DNA of 32,000 nt from Methanopyrus kandleri AV19 (GCF_000007185.1 NC_003551.1:480001-512000); one strand, 5' to 3'. Numbered from the stretch's first letter, positions 1-8,428 are shown. Notes: generated by a model not told the origin, from the sequence alone. Numbers and translations are program-made.

Positions 1-423
1 CATGCTGCGTCGGGCTCGGCGCATGGTAGTATGACGAGCCATCCGGTACACGTCCAGCGCGTAGTCTTCGTCCAGCTGAAACTCCGACCCGAGGACGAAC
101 TCGGTCTTGTTCGGGTCTAAACCCATCGCCAGGAAGCATCGGCGGTTGTAATCCGCCAGCTCACGTACTTCCTCTAACGTACCTTTCTCGTTGAGATACG
201 CGTGGAGATCCGCGAGGAGTATGATCACGTGGAAGCCGGCCTCTTGGAGGTCGATCATCTTGTCGATGACCAACTTGTGGCCGAGGTGAACTTTACCCGA
301 AGGCTCGAACCCGACGTACGCTACGGGTTCTTCTTTTTCCTCGAGAAGTTGTCGGAGCTCCTCCTCGGTTACGACCTCGACGGCGTTTCGGGTTACGAGT
401 TTCAACCTCTCCTCGACGTCCAC
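1..423 (-). CDS. tyrS: Tyrosyl-tRNA synthetase, N-terminal ~141 codons (gene continues past the left edge)
   Basis: Absent from the ORF track because it is truncated. Reverse-strand translation from GTG at 423-421 (an in-frame TGA lies 12 codons upstream) gives (M)DVEERLKLVTRNAVEVVTEEELRQLLEEKEEPVAYVGFEPSGKVHLGHKLVIDKMIDLQEAGFHVIILLADLHAYLNEKG...YRMARHTTMRRARRSM. It has the class I HIGH motif (HLGH) and is nearly colinear with archaeal TyrRS as I remember it (M. jannaschii ...GFEPSGKIHLGH...ADLHAYLN...KRARRSM). Confidence 0.9.
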   Translation of the reverse strand, partial: MDVEERLKLVTRNAVEVVTEEELRQLLEEKEEPVAYVGFEPSGKVHLGHKLVIDKMIDLQEAGFHVIILLADLHAYLNEKGTLEEVRELADYNRRCFLAMGLDPNKTEFVLGSEFQLDEDYALDVYRMARHTTMRRARRSM

Positions 424-455
424 GGACGAGACCCCCTGGCGGCGTCCTGCGTCCG

Positions 456-1439
456 TTAAAGGTATTCCTCAGGAACCACTACGGCGACACCTTTCAGCAG
501 AATCACGTACACGCGCTGTCCGACGTGAAGGTCGACATCGCTTTCATAACACTCAACCGTTTCACCCGTACGCTCCAACACGACCCGGGGCGGGGTGTCT
601 TCGATCACCACGGCGGGTTCGGGCTTCAGAACCTCGACGCCCTTCAGCTCCTCCCACTTACGTTTGACCACCTCCCTGCTGATGAGATGACGCAGAGAAC
701 ACCTCTCACCCAGACCTGTGACTAGATAAGGTTGGCCATCCACCAGTAGGATGTCGCCCTTGCGGAAATGAGGTATCCTCACGGAGATGGCGGCCTTGTA
801 CTTGCGCTTACTGCGCTCGCGGTCGAATCCGACGAGCTTGTGCGACTCCCCTACGGTCCCGCCGTACGCATCGACGAGGCGGCGGGCGAGCTTGCGTGCG
901 GCGTTGAGTGAACCGATGTAGAAGTCGATGCCCTCCTCAGGGTACTCCACGTCCGAGATGTAAGCCATGGGATCACGCTCGAGCAGTGAGGCGGCCGCCT
1001 CCGTCACGAAGTTCTCAACTTCCTCCCGCTCACGCTCGGTCAGCTTACCTCGGAGCGACCGCACTTGGAGTATAGCCTCGTAGTATCCCGACCGGAATTT
1101 CATGCATCGATCACACAGGGCGAATACTACCGGGACCTTGAGGTGATACTTCCGAGTGAGAACTTCCCCTCCTACCTCCCATTCACCCTCAGCGAGCAGC
1201 TCGACGAGGACGCGAGCTCCGGGACCACCCGGTTCACCCTTAACCTCCAGAGGTTTTATTCGGACATATACATCGGGAAGCGTTCGGAGGTTCTCCTCCA
1301 ACTCCCGGAGGACGTACTCTACGAGCAGTTCTTCGATACTCCCGACACCTTCAGGCGGATCTTCCCAGCGCAGCCCGGTGTGACGTGCTAAACACTGCGC
1401 ACAGACTCGGACCTCCAGTCCTTCGGGTACCTCGATCAT
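456..1439 (-). CDS. Archaeal NMD3-family protein (COG1499-like); functional N-terminus probably extends to ~1520
   Basis: 327-aa ORF with CxxC pairs (VCAQCLARH, LCDRCMKF) followed by beta-rich C-terminal domains, as in NMD3. A further in-frame CHRCG-x11-CPECY knuckle lies immediately upstream of the ATG (see finding). Confidence 0.8.
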   Translation of the reverse strand: MIEVPEGLEVRVCAQCLARHTGLRWEDPPEGVGSIEELLVEYVLRELEENLRTLPDVYVRIKPLEVKGEPGGPGARVLVELLAEGEWEVGGEVLTRKYHLKVPVVFALCDRCMKFRSGYYEAILQVRSLRGKLTEREREEVENFVTEAAASLLERDPMAYISDVEYPEEGIDFYIGSLNAARKLARRLVDAYGGTVGESHKLVGFDRERSKRKYKAAISVRIPHFRKGDILLVDGQPYLVTGLGERCSLRHLISREVVKRKWEELKGVEVLKPEPAVVIEDTPPRVVLERTGETVECYESDVDLHVGQRVYVILLKGVAVVVPEEYL

Positions 1440-1520
1440 CGGGTGCTCTTCAAGGTAACATTCCGGGCACAGGCCGTCTATCGTCGTATCGACCTCACGT
1501 CCGCACCGATGACATATCAG

Positions 1521-2639
1521 CTACCCTTCACCCCCGTTCGAGACGTACGGGCGGTTGTCGGGAATGCCCACGGTGTTACCGACCCCTACGATGATCACGG
1601 TACTGTCTTCAGGGGCTTCCTTAGCGAGTTCGAGGGCACGTTCGGCGGCTTCTTCCACGGCGTCAACGACGGACTTGGGCATGGGCATGACGGCCTCCGT
1701 AGCACTCATCTTGATGGCTACCGCATCGAGATCGATGCCTTCGTCGGCCGCGATCTGCTCGATCTTGTAACTCTCATGGCCGGGATCACCCATGGCCACT
1801 CCCACGCCCTCGCTGACTTTGCCTGTCTTCTCTCCCTCGAGTTTGAGGGCGGCGTCGATAGTTATAATTTTGGAAACATCACCGTATTCCCTTACGAGCT
1901 TCTTTACGGCACGCCCCAGTCTGCCCAAGTTACCCCCAGGCCCATGCGCCTTGACTATCAGCAGTCTGCGACCCTCTAGCTCCTTCTCGGCGGCCACAGT
2001 ACCTTTCTCCACCTCCCGGACGGGTGAGTCTCCGATGAGCCGAGCCGCGACCATAGGGCCAACGCTGTCGCCGATAGGCACACACTTGAGGAACGCTTTC
2101 GCACCCTCGTAGTTACTCTTCACGAACTGTTTAAATGTCGGCAATAGCATGGTTATTAGAAGCAAGAGCTGTATATTGTTGGTTTTCTTAGCAGATAACA
2201 GCAGGTGTCGGAGATATTGGGCAATAACATGGATGGAGAACACGCACGTAAGTGCCATACTCATGTTGTCTACTTCGACGCCATCGCGTTTTCCTGTGAG
2301 TACTCTTGCGTACGAGCGGAACTTATCCTCACTCCGCTCAATCAAGTTTTCAAGACGTTCAATAATACCGTGAGGATCTAGTTGCACAGGCTGAACCACG
2401 AATAGGTTTGCAGCCCGTTGTACGAGTGTTTCAGCCTCTTCCCTATCGCATCTGGCCCGTCTCACTACCATCTGCTGGACTTTTTCGTCTATTTTCCGTA
2501 TACGCTCGACTTCTCCCTCTATCCTCCTGAAAAGCACCACCTGATAGTAGACCCGAATGAAGAGCCAGAAGAGGATAATGGAGACAATAAAATACACCAG
2601 GTTCTCGACGAGTGATGTGTCCACGTTCAACGCCAGCAC
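1521..2639 (-). CDS. Conserved archaeal membrane-anchored protein, DUF1512-like (function unknown)
   Basis: 372-aa ORF with a GTG start at 2639. It has an N-terminal TM helix (LVYFIVSIILFWLFIRVYY), a coiled charged segment, more hydrophobic helices and a soluble C-terminal domain. Size and layout match my recollection of the archaea-only DUF1512 family; I did not verify this by search. Confidence 0.6.
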   Translation of the reverse strand: MLALNVDTSLVENLVYFIVSIILFWLFIRVYYQVVLFRRIEGEVERIRKIDEKVQQMVVRRARCDREEAETLVQRAANLFVVQPVQLDPHGIIERLENLIERSEDKFRSYARVLTGKRDGVEVDNMSMALTCVFSIHVIAQYLRHLLLSAKKTNNIQLLLLITMLLPTFKQFVKSNYEGAKAFLKCVPIGDSVGPMVAARLIGDSPVREVEKGTVAAEKELEGRRLLIVKAHGPGGNLGRLGRAVKKLVREYGDVSKIITIDAALKLEGEKTGKVSEGVGVAMGDPGHESYKIEQIAADEGIDLDAVAIKMSATEAVMPMPKSVVDAVEEAAERALELAKEAPEDSTVIIVGVGNTVGIPDNRPYVSNGGEG

Positions 2640-2697
2640 CCCATGGAAGGTCGCTGGACTCCGTCACCCTTATACGTGATGGAAGCTGTGTCGCCGG

Positions 2698-3153
2698 TTG
2701 GCGGGGGGACCCGAGTTGGCGCTAAAGAACCCGGCGGTTCACTTACTCTCGGCGTTGTGCCTATGGGGGGTCGCCGGGCTCATACTAGCTGGTGCGCAGT
2801 CAGTACTAATCTCGTTCGCCTCCGTATTGTCCTCCGATCCCGGTATGGTTTTAAACGCTTTCGTCCTTCTCTTAGCGCTCGTTAGCGCCAATTCTCCCGC
2901 AACTTTCGCAGAGATTTACATGGGAGAACCTCAACCGTATGCGATAGCATCGATACTGTTTGGATTCGCTCCTATAATACCATATCTAATAATTTCGCCC
3001 TTTCGATGTAATGTGCTTGTGTTAACGGCGTGGTGGAAGCCCATAATTATAGCCTTACTGGCGATATGGTGTATTGAGTTCGCAATATATTATCGCAGGG
3101 TGAAAGTCTTCGGGTACAGATACGTGAACGTTCACAGATTCGTATTCCGCTAG
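2698..3153 (+). CDS. Hypothetical small integral membrane protein (about 4 TM segments)
   Basis: 151-aa ORF with a TTG start. It is strongly hydrophobic throughout (LLSALCLWGVAGLILAG, VLNAFVLLLALV, IASILFGFAPIIPYLII, IIIALLAIWCIEFAIYY). No competing ORF exists on the other strand. I recognise no family. Confidence 0.5.
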   Translation: MAGGPELALKNPAVHLLSALCLWGVAGLILAGAQSVLISFASVLSSDPGMVLNAFVLLLALVSANSPATFAEIYMGEPQPYAIASILFGFAPIIPYLIISPFRCNVLVLTAWWKPIIIALLAIWCIEFAIYYRRVKVFGYRYVNVHRFVFR

Positions 3154-3854
3154 TTCCGTCTCTTAACCCCTAGAACACGTCGTTTAGCTTTCTCGAATAT
3201 CCACAGTAGTGCTTTGATTTCCTTATCTGTGCATCTTGCTCTGGCGAGAAACCTCCGGAAGGTCGTGCACACGTTCTCGCGACGGGTACTGTCGAAGTTC
3301 AAAGCCTTCATGAGGTCGTCCAAGGACTTCACTAGCACCTCCTTCTCTCGCTTAGTGGCAGCACGACCGTACCGTTCCGGCACGTACTCCATCTTCTTAA
3401 GCTCGTAAAGTACTACAGCCACGGAATGCGAGAGGTTCATGGAACGGTACTCCTCGCTTGTCGGGATATGAAGGGTGGCGTCGCAAAGCTCGACCTCCCA
3501 AGTCCTCAGACCTCTATCTTCGGGCCCGAATACCACGGCGATCTTCTCGTAGTCCGAAAACGCCTCTCTGACCTCCCAGGGCATCATCGGGTTCCTAGCG
3601 GGCGTTGAGGCGAGGACGGCGGTCGTCGCTATGGCCGCCTCCACGTCCTCGATAGCCTCCTCCAACGTGTTCACTATCACCGCGTTCTCCAACAGGTCGA
3701 GCGCGTGCATCGCCCGAGCTATCGCCACTTCACCGAGCTCTGACCTAGGTCTTACTAAAAAGAGCTCCTTTACCCCGAAGTTTTTCATGACACGGGCTAC
3801 GTGACCGATGTTCCCGTCGTACTTCGGTTCTACCAGTACCACCCGCACGTCCAA
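3150..3854 (-). CDS. trmJ: SpoU/TrmH-class RNA 2'-O-methyltransferase, TrmJ/LasT-like (COG0565)
   Basis: 234 aa, TTG start at 3854. It has the SPOUT motifs VVLVEPKYDGNIGHVARVMKNFG, AVVFGPEDRGL and IPTSEEYRSMNLSHSVAVVLYEL. The C-terminal helical extension is typical of TrmJ. Confidence 0.8.
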   Translation of the reverse strand: MDVRVVLVEPKYDGNIGHVARVMKNFGVKELFLVRPRSELGEVAIARAMHALDLLENAVIVNTLEEAIEDVEAAIATTAVLASTPARNPMMPWEVREAFSDYEKIAVVFGPEDRGLRTWEVELCDATLHIPTSEEYRSMNLSHSVAVVLYELKKMEYVPERYGRAATKREKEVLVKSLDDLMKALNFDSTRRENVCTTFRRFLARARCTDKEIKALLWIFEKAKRRVLGVKRRN

Positions 3855-3891
3855 GCTGGATTCCTCCGGGGTGCAGTCTTTGCTCGAGGGT

Positions 3892-5811
3892 ATGGTCGTG
3901 AACGAGTTTCGGGAGCGAAGGACTAACTACTGGGACGGGGAGGTCGAGATCGAAACGGAGGACGGAAAACTCAAGCTTCGGATGCCCGGAACTATAGCAG
4001 GTTGGCTCACGAAGGGTACCAGGGTCAGGGTGCACGGCGCCGACGGGGTGCAGTCCGTCGACGTATTTAAAGATGATGTGGAGGTGGAGCGGAGGTACGA
4101 GGACGAGTGGGTGCCGGTGTGGCCACCGTTCGAGATGGAGACCGAAGTAGAGAAGCGGGATACGCTCGGTCGTGGTGTTTACGAGTACAGATTGCGGGCC
4201 AGGGAGGCCATCTACCGGGAAGACTTCGAAGCTATCGTGGGCCTCGAACAGTACCATTACGCCTCCGATAAAGACGTGGTGGCAGTGTGGGGATGTAATG
4301 AGTGTGGACGCTCGATACGGGCCAACCTCAAGCCGGAAGAGTGCCCCGGATGCGGCTCGTCGCGGATCGAACTTCGAACGATCAGAGGCTCGTTACCCGC
4401 TTCCAGGTTCATGGTAGTGGAGCTGCTGAACGGCGAGGAGTACGAGCCGGATGTCCTGGCATACGTCCGTGTGGATCCGCCCATCCCTAAACTCAACCGA
4501 CGTCTCGACGGTAAAGTGGAGCGAAACATCAGGGAGAAAGTCTTCGGCAAGGACTGGTTCCACCCTACCTTCGAGCCCAAGCGAGGTAAGACCATTGAGG
4601 ACATCCTAAGTGCCTGCGACACCAAAGCGGCTCGCATAGCTCGGGTCGTGGTTCATCCAGAGTACCGGGCCGACGGTATTGGGAGAGCCTCGGTGCAAGC
4701 CGCTGTACGATGGGTGAAAGAGCGTCGAATCCCGGAAATGAAGTCGGAAAAACACCTGATCGAAGTTATCGCCCAAATGGCCAGGTACCATCCGATCTTC
4801 GAGAGCGTCGGGTTCGTATACCTATGGGATACCGGCTCCGGCCGACCTTACCTCGTACGTCCGCTGTCGGAAGATGCCAAGAGGAAGGTTTCGAGGTTCA
4901 TCAAAACCGACAAGATAGCGAGACAGCACGGCGGCCGACTGTACAGATCCAGGTTGCGAAAACTCGAGGTAGAGCCCCTCGACGGACCGATCAAGGTGAA
5001 GCGACTCCACAAGATGTTCTCCACGGAGCTCGACGTGAAAGGGTTGCCCAAGGACGTCGTTAAGCTTCTCGAGGCGTTCGGGGTCCTTCATCGGAAGATT
5101 CAGCAGTACGCGCTTCAGGACGTGAACCTACGGATCGAGCCCGGCGAACTCGTCGTGGTGGTCGGCCCCAGCGGAGCCGGAAAGACGACGTTAGTCCGCA
5201 TGATTATGGGCGCACACGAAGAATTCATCGAGAATGTCCGCCGGCGCATCATCCGCGAGCTTTCGACGCCGGTAGTGTCCCGAGCACTGTCTTCCATGGG
5301 TACGAACCCTAAAGAGGTCGCGGATAAGCTGGTCAAGGAGATGTACCAGCCCGACAAGGGGAAAGTTTCCCTACCTGAGAACACCGAACTGTCCGCGATG
5401 ATCCCGGGGGAAGTGGAACCCGAGATCGACCCCGGTGTGACCATCATCGAAGACCTGTGGTCGGTGACCGGGGACGTGAACGTCGCGGTGGAGATACTCA
5501 ACCGGTCCGGTATCTCGGATGCCGTGCTGTACCGGAGCCCGTACGAGCGGTTGTCTCCGGGTCAGAAGGAGCGAGTTCGCCTGGCCAGGATGATCGCGGA
5601 GGGGGCTAACCTGATAGTAGTCGACGAGTTTTGCTCGCACCTGGATCCGAAGACCGCCATGCGCGTGGCCCGAAGCTTTTCGGAAATGTGCAGGGAGTTA
5701 GAGATCACCGCGCTGATTATCACGCACAGAGCCGAGGTCATCGATGCGCTAGCGCCGGATAAACTGGTGTACGTCGGGTATGGGTTGGTTGGGGTGGAGG
5801 AGAAGAGTTAG
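3892..5811 (+). CDS. GNAT acetyltransferase-like domain (with inserted Zn ribbon) fused to an ABC-type ATPase (COG2401-like)
   Basis: The ORF is open from 3808. I chose ATG 3892 (MVVNEF...) to avoid a 47-nt overlap with the divergent trmJ start; GTG 3871 and TTG 3880 are also possible. Zn ribbon: CNECG-x12-CPGCG. GNAT core: ARIARVVVHPEYRADGIGRASV. ABC motifs: Walker A GPSGAGKTT, signature LSPGQKERV, Walker B LIVVDEF, H-loop ITHR. Confidence 0.8.
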   Translation: MVVNEFRERRTNYWDGEVEIETEDGKLKLRMPGTIAGWLTKGTRVRVHGADGVQSVDVFKDDVEVERRYEDEWVPVWPPFEMETEVEKRDTLGRGVYEYRLRAREAIYREDFEAIVGLEQYHYASDKDVVAVWGCNECGRSIRANLKPEECPGCGSSRIELRTIRGSLPASRFMVVELLNGEEYEPDVLAYVRVDPPIPKLNRRLDGKVERNIREKVFGKDWFHPTFEPKRGKTIEDILSACDTKAARIARVVVHPEYRADGIGRASVQAAVRWVKERRIPEMKSEKHLIEVIAQMARYHPIFESVGFVYLWDTGSGRPYLVRPLSEDAKRKVSRFIKTDKIARQHGGRLYRSRLRKLEVEPLDGPIKVKRLHKMFSTELDVKGLPKDVVKLLEAFGVLHRKIQQYALQDVNLRIEPGELVVVVGPSGAGKTTLVRMIMGAHEEFIENVRRRIIRELSTPVVSRALSSMGTNPKEVADKLVKEMYQPDKGKVSLPENTELSAMIPGEVEPEIDPGVTIIEDLWSVTGDVNVAVEILNRSGISDAVLYRSPYERLSPGQKERVRLARMIAEGANLIVVDEFCSHLDPKTAMRVARSFSEMCRELEITALIITHRAEVIDALAPDKLVYVGYGLVGVEEKS

Positions 5812-6257
5812 CCTTCTTCACCCTCTCCCTCACCTTCAGGCGGTATCGCCAGTACCGGGCAGGGTGACCTTGATAGTACACCCTTGGTCGTACTGCCCAG
5901 GATGAGACCCTTGACTCCGGAGAGGCCCCGTGTACCCATCACGATCAGATCAACGTCTCGCTCCTTAGCCTCTTCAACGATCCCTTGAACCACAGAGGGT
6001 GACTCCACTACGAGAGTTTCAACATCAATGCCTTCCTCCTTGGCCATCTCGGCGATCTCGTTGACGATCTTCTCGGCCTCCTTTACGATCTCCTCGGGCA
6101 GCGTGAACGAGGGTTTCGTACCCAATGGACTCCATAGCGGAATCACGTGAATCACAATCAGTGTCGCATCTTCTTTCTTGGCGATTTCGATGGCCGCTTT
6201 GGCGGCCTGCTTAGCGTTTTCCGACCCGTCGGTCGGTACCATAATTCTCTCAAACAC
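5808..6257 (-). CDS. Universal stress protein (UspA family)
   Basis: 149 aa, GTG start. FERIMVPTDGSENAKQA...LIVIHV...DLIVMGTRGLSGVKGLILGSTTKGVLSRSPCPVLAI is the canonical Usp ATP-binding fold pattern (G-x2-G-x9-GS). Confidence 0.9.
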   Translation of the reverse strand: MFERIMVPTDGSENAKQAAKAAIEIAKKEDATLIVIHVIPLWSPLGTKPSFTLPEEIVKEAEKIVNEIAEMAKEEGIDVETLVVESPSVVQGIVEEAKERDVDLIVMGTRGLSGVKGLILGSTTKGVLSRSPCPVLAIPPEGEGEGEEG

Positions 6258-6291
6258 TGGAAGACACCCCCACTATCGTAGCTTCACCACG

Positions 6292-6298
6292 TATAATA
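6292..6298. promoter_or_regulatory. TATA element (TATAATA) shared by divergent usp and Cys-rich-domain genes
   Basis: It is the only A/T box in the 70-nt spacer. It lies about 35-41 nt from the usp GTG (6257) and about 40 nt from ATG 6337. Confidence 0.35.
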
Positions 6299-6327
6299 CC
6301 GTAACGCTTCGTCTCGGGGGGTAGACC

Positions 6328-6723
6328 TTGCACCCCATGGCCCGTAGACACTTTGAGAAACTGGACGAGAAGCGCGTACGCGAGCCCGTCGGTCCCAATA
6401 AAGACTGTGAGTACTACCCGTGCCACTTTGATGGTCAAGACTGTACATGGTGTTTTTGTCCTCTATACCCGTGTCTGGACGAAGAGCTTGGGGAGTGGAT
6501 TAAGACCAAGAACGGCTCCGAAGTTTGGAGTTGTAAGGATTGCCACCTTATTCACAGACCGGAACCCGCTAAGGTGCTACTTCGAGAACTGTTAAGTGTG
6601 GGAAATGGGAGCGTGTTACGAGGTGCAGAACGACTAGAAGAAGATCCAGAACTCAAGGAGAAGGTGCTTGAAAGTGTCAAAAGAGCCGATCGGAAACACC
6701 GACAGCACTCCTCACGACGTTGA
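6328..6723 (+). CDS. Cysteine-rich small domain protein (zf-like, PF04071/COG2158-like)
   Basis: The motif CEYYPCHFDGQDCTWCFCPLYPC...WSCKDCHLIH matches the cysteine-rich small domain pattern I remember. The ORF opens at TTG 6328, and ATG 6337 (MARRHF) is an equally likely start. The 3' end overlaps the convergent ASCH gene by 47 nt. Confidence 0.7.
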   Translation: MHPMARRHFEKLDEKRVREPVGPNKDCEYYPCHFDGQDCTWCFCPLYPCLDEELGEWIKTKNGSEVWSCKDCHLIHRPEPAKVLLRELLSVGNGSVLRGAERLEEDPELKEKVLESVKRADRKHRQHSSRR

Positions 6724-7123
6724 GGACCTCCTGGTCAACCCGGAATAGCGGGTTAGGATGGAAGTCCATGTTCAAACGCTCTTTGATGAGCCGCCTTAAG
6801 TCCTCCAGGGGAAGAGGGTTGGGATACCTAACGGGACCGTCCAGTGTAATCAGGTACGCGTGATCACGGCCCTCAAGGTACCTCCTCAGCTCGTCCTCGG
6901 ACGCTTTGGCTAACTCCGCGATCTCGGCGAGATCTTCCTCGGACTGTATCGCCACCTTCTTGATTTCCTCTATGGTGACCTCGCCGAGCACGGCGCACAG
7001 TGGACTGGACGCGTACACGATGCAGGTACGTTCTCGGAGGATCGTTCCCGGGAGCCACCTTCTAACTTCGACGTTCTTGACGCCGTCTAGGATCAAATTC
7101 GCGAATTTCGGCTTTACCGACAT
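6677..7123 (-). CDS. ASCH (PUA-like) domain protein
   Basis: The ORF is open to 7267, but the N-terminal 48 codons are hydrophobic or low-complexity. ATG 7123 gives MSVKPKFANLILDGVKNVEVRR..., the typical ASCH domain opening (sIkPeya..Il.G.K.vElRr). Confidence 0.7.
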   Translation of the reverse strand: MSVKPKFANLILDGVKNVEVRRWLPGTILRERTCIVYASSPLCAVLGEVTIEEIKKVAIQSEEDLAEIAELAKASEDELRRYLEGRDHAYLITLDGPVRYPNPLPLEDLRRLIKERLNMDFHPNPLFRVDQEVLNVVRSAVGVSDRLF

Positions 7124-7263
7124 CCACACGGGCAAACCGAGAACCCGTAACGGTAGGATGCATTCCTGGTTTTTGTAATCTTGAGAAGGGTTATTGTAGG
7201 AAAGATATGGTATGAGGGCGACCGGACTGATAGTGGAGAGAACTAGTGGGATGCGGAGGGAGG

Positions 7264-8313
7264 TCACTCCTTGAAGTGCGGAATTACCTCCTGACCTACG
7301 AGCTCGATAGCCTTCTCCTTGTCCGGACCGATCGGCGAGCCGACGACGACCTGAGTGACGCCGGCCTTCAGTAGCTCTTCGATCTTGTCGACTACGGTGT
7401 CCGGGTCTCCGGCGATGGAGAACGCCTCGATCATGTCCTCGTCCACGAGGCCGATCGCGGTGCCGAAGTCGCCCTTACCGATCGCCTCAGCGATCTGCTC
7501 GGCCTTCTCCGTGTCGATGCCGTGACGCTCCAGCACCACGTCCGGAGAACCCATCACGATGAACGCGACCACGATCTTCGTGGCCTCGATGGCCTTGTCC
7601 TCATCCTTGTCGATCGAGAAGCACGTGTACGCCGCGACGTCGATCTCGTCGAGGCTTCGACCGGCCTCCTTCGCACCCTCCTCGATCTTCGGAACGGCTA
7701 CCTCGAAGTCCTTCGGGTTCGAAGCGTTGACGAGGACTCCGTCCGCAATCTCACCGGCAGTCTTCAGCATGATCGGACCCTGAGCTCCCATGTAGAACGG
7801 AATGTCTGAACCTTGGATAGAGCGTGCATTCACGTCGGCTGTTCCCGTCTTGACGTACTTGCCTTCGTACTCTACCGGGCCGCCTTCCAGGTACTGGTAG
7901 ATCACCTCCTTGACCTCGCGGATAGCGGTCGCGGGACCGACCTCGTCCTCGGCCTCAGGGTTCCAGATCGGGATCTTACACGGGAACGGCAGTCCCATCT
8001 TGTCGAACGTGGCCTTGTCTCCGGGACCCATTCCGATGATCGCACGACCGCCGGAGATCCAGTCCAGCGTGGCAATGTTACTCGCGGTGATCAGTGGATG
8101 CCGGGTGTACGGGTTAGTGATACCCGGGCCGAGCTTGATCTTGCTGGTGATCACGGCGGCTAGAGTCAGGACTCCCATGTAGGAGTAATTGTTGTAGTGA
8201 TCACAGATCCACGCGTACTCGAACCCGTTGTCTTCGGCGACCTTGATCAGGTGGGCGATCTTCGTGGGCTTGTCGTCCGGTAAGAGCTCAATACCAAAGG
8301 ACACCTCTGCCAT
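7264..8313 (-). CDS. mer: F420-dependent N5,N10-methylenetetrahydromethanopterin reductase
   Basis: 349 aa, MAEVSFGIELLPDDKPTKIAHLIKVAEDNGFEYAWICDHYNNYSYMGVLT.... It is a luciferase-like F420 oxidoreductase, full length and colinear with Mer as I recall it from Methanopyrus kandleri. It has an ATG start, with a TATA element and an AGGGGT RBS upstream. Confidence 0.95.
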   Translation of the reverse strand: MAEVSFGIELLPDDKPTKIAHLIKVAEDNGFEYAWICDHYNNYSYMGVLTLAAVITSKIKLGPGITNPYTRHPLITASNIATLDWISGGRAIIGMGPGDKATFDKMGLPFPCKIPIWNPEAEDEVGPATAIREVKEVIYQYLEGGPVEYEGKYVKTGTADVNARSIQGSDIPFYMGAQGPIMLKTAGEIADGVLVNASNPKDFEVAVPKIEEGAKEAGRSLDEIDVAAYTCFSIDKDEDKAIEATKIVVAFIVMGSPDVVLERHGIDTEKAEQIAEAIGKGDFGTAIGLVDEDMIEAFSIAGDPDTVVDKIEELLKAGVTQVVVGSPIGPDKEKAIELVGQEVIPHFKE

Positions 8314-8345
8314 TGTTTGAACCCCTATCGAGCACTTGATCTCAC

Positions 8346-8354
8346 TTTTAAATA
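8346..8354. promoter_or_regulatory. TATA-box element (TTTTAAATA / TATTTAAAA) in the mer / CBS divergent intergenic region
   Basis: This is the only AT-rich box in 8314-8428. It lies 33-41 nt upstream of the mer ATG (8313) on the minus strand and about 75 nt upstream of GTG 8429 on the plus strand. Its near-symmetry could let it serve both directions. Confidence 0.5.
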
Positions 8355-8428
8355 CTGAAGGTCTCGGTGCGGGGCGAACTGAAGTTAGTAGGTTCGTTCA
8401 CCGACGAGAGTTGAGGTAGGACTCTACA

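Noticed and set aside
1521-1523. In-frame TAG between the DUF1512-like and NMD3 ORFs as a pyrrolysine or other recoding site
   Set aside because: The window has no Pyl machinery, PYLIS-like element or methylamine methyltransferase context. To my knowledge, Pyl decoding is confined mainly to Methanosarcinales-type lineages and a few other methanogen and bacterial groups, none close to this organism. I kept this only as a low-probability readthrough option within the NMD3 start-codon finding.
3808-3891. ATG 3808 as the start of the GNAT/ABC fusion protein
   Set aside because: It would add an S/T-rich low-complexity peptide (MFPSYFGSTSTTRTSKLDSSG) that is antisense to the trmJ N-terminus and overlaps it by 47 nt. 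A downstream start is more plausible, though unproven.
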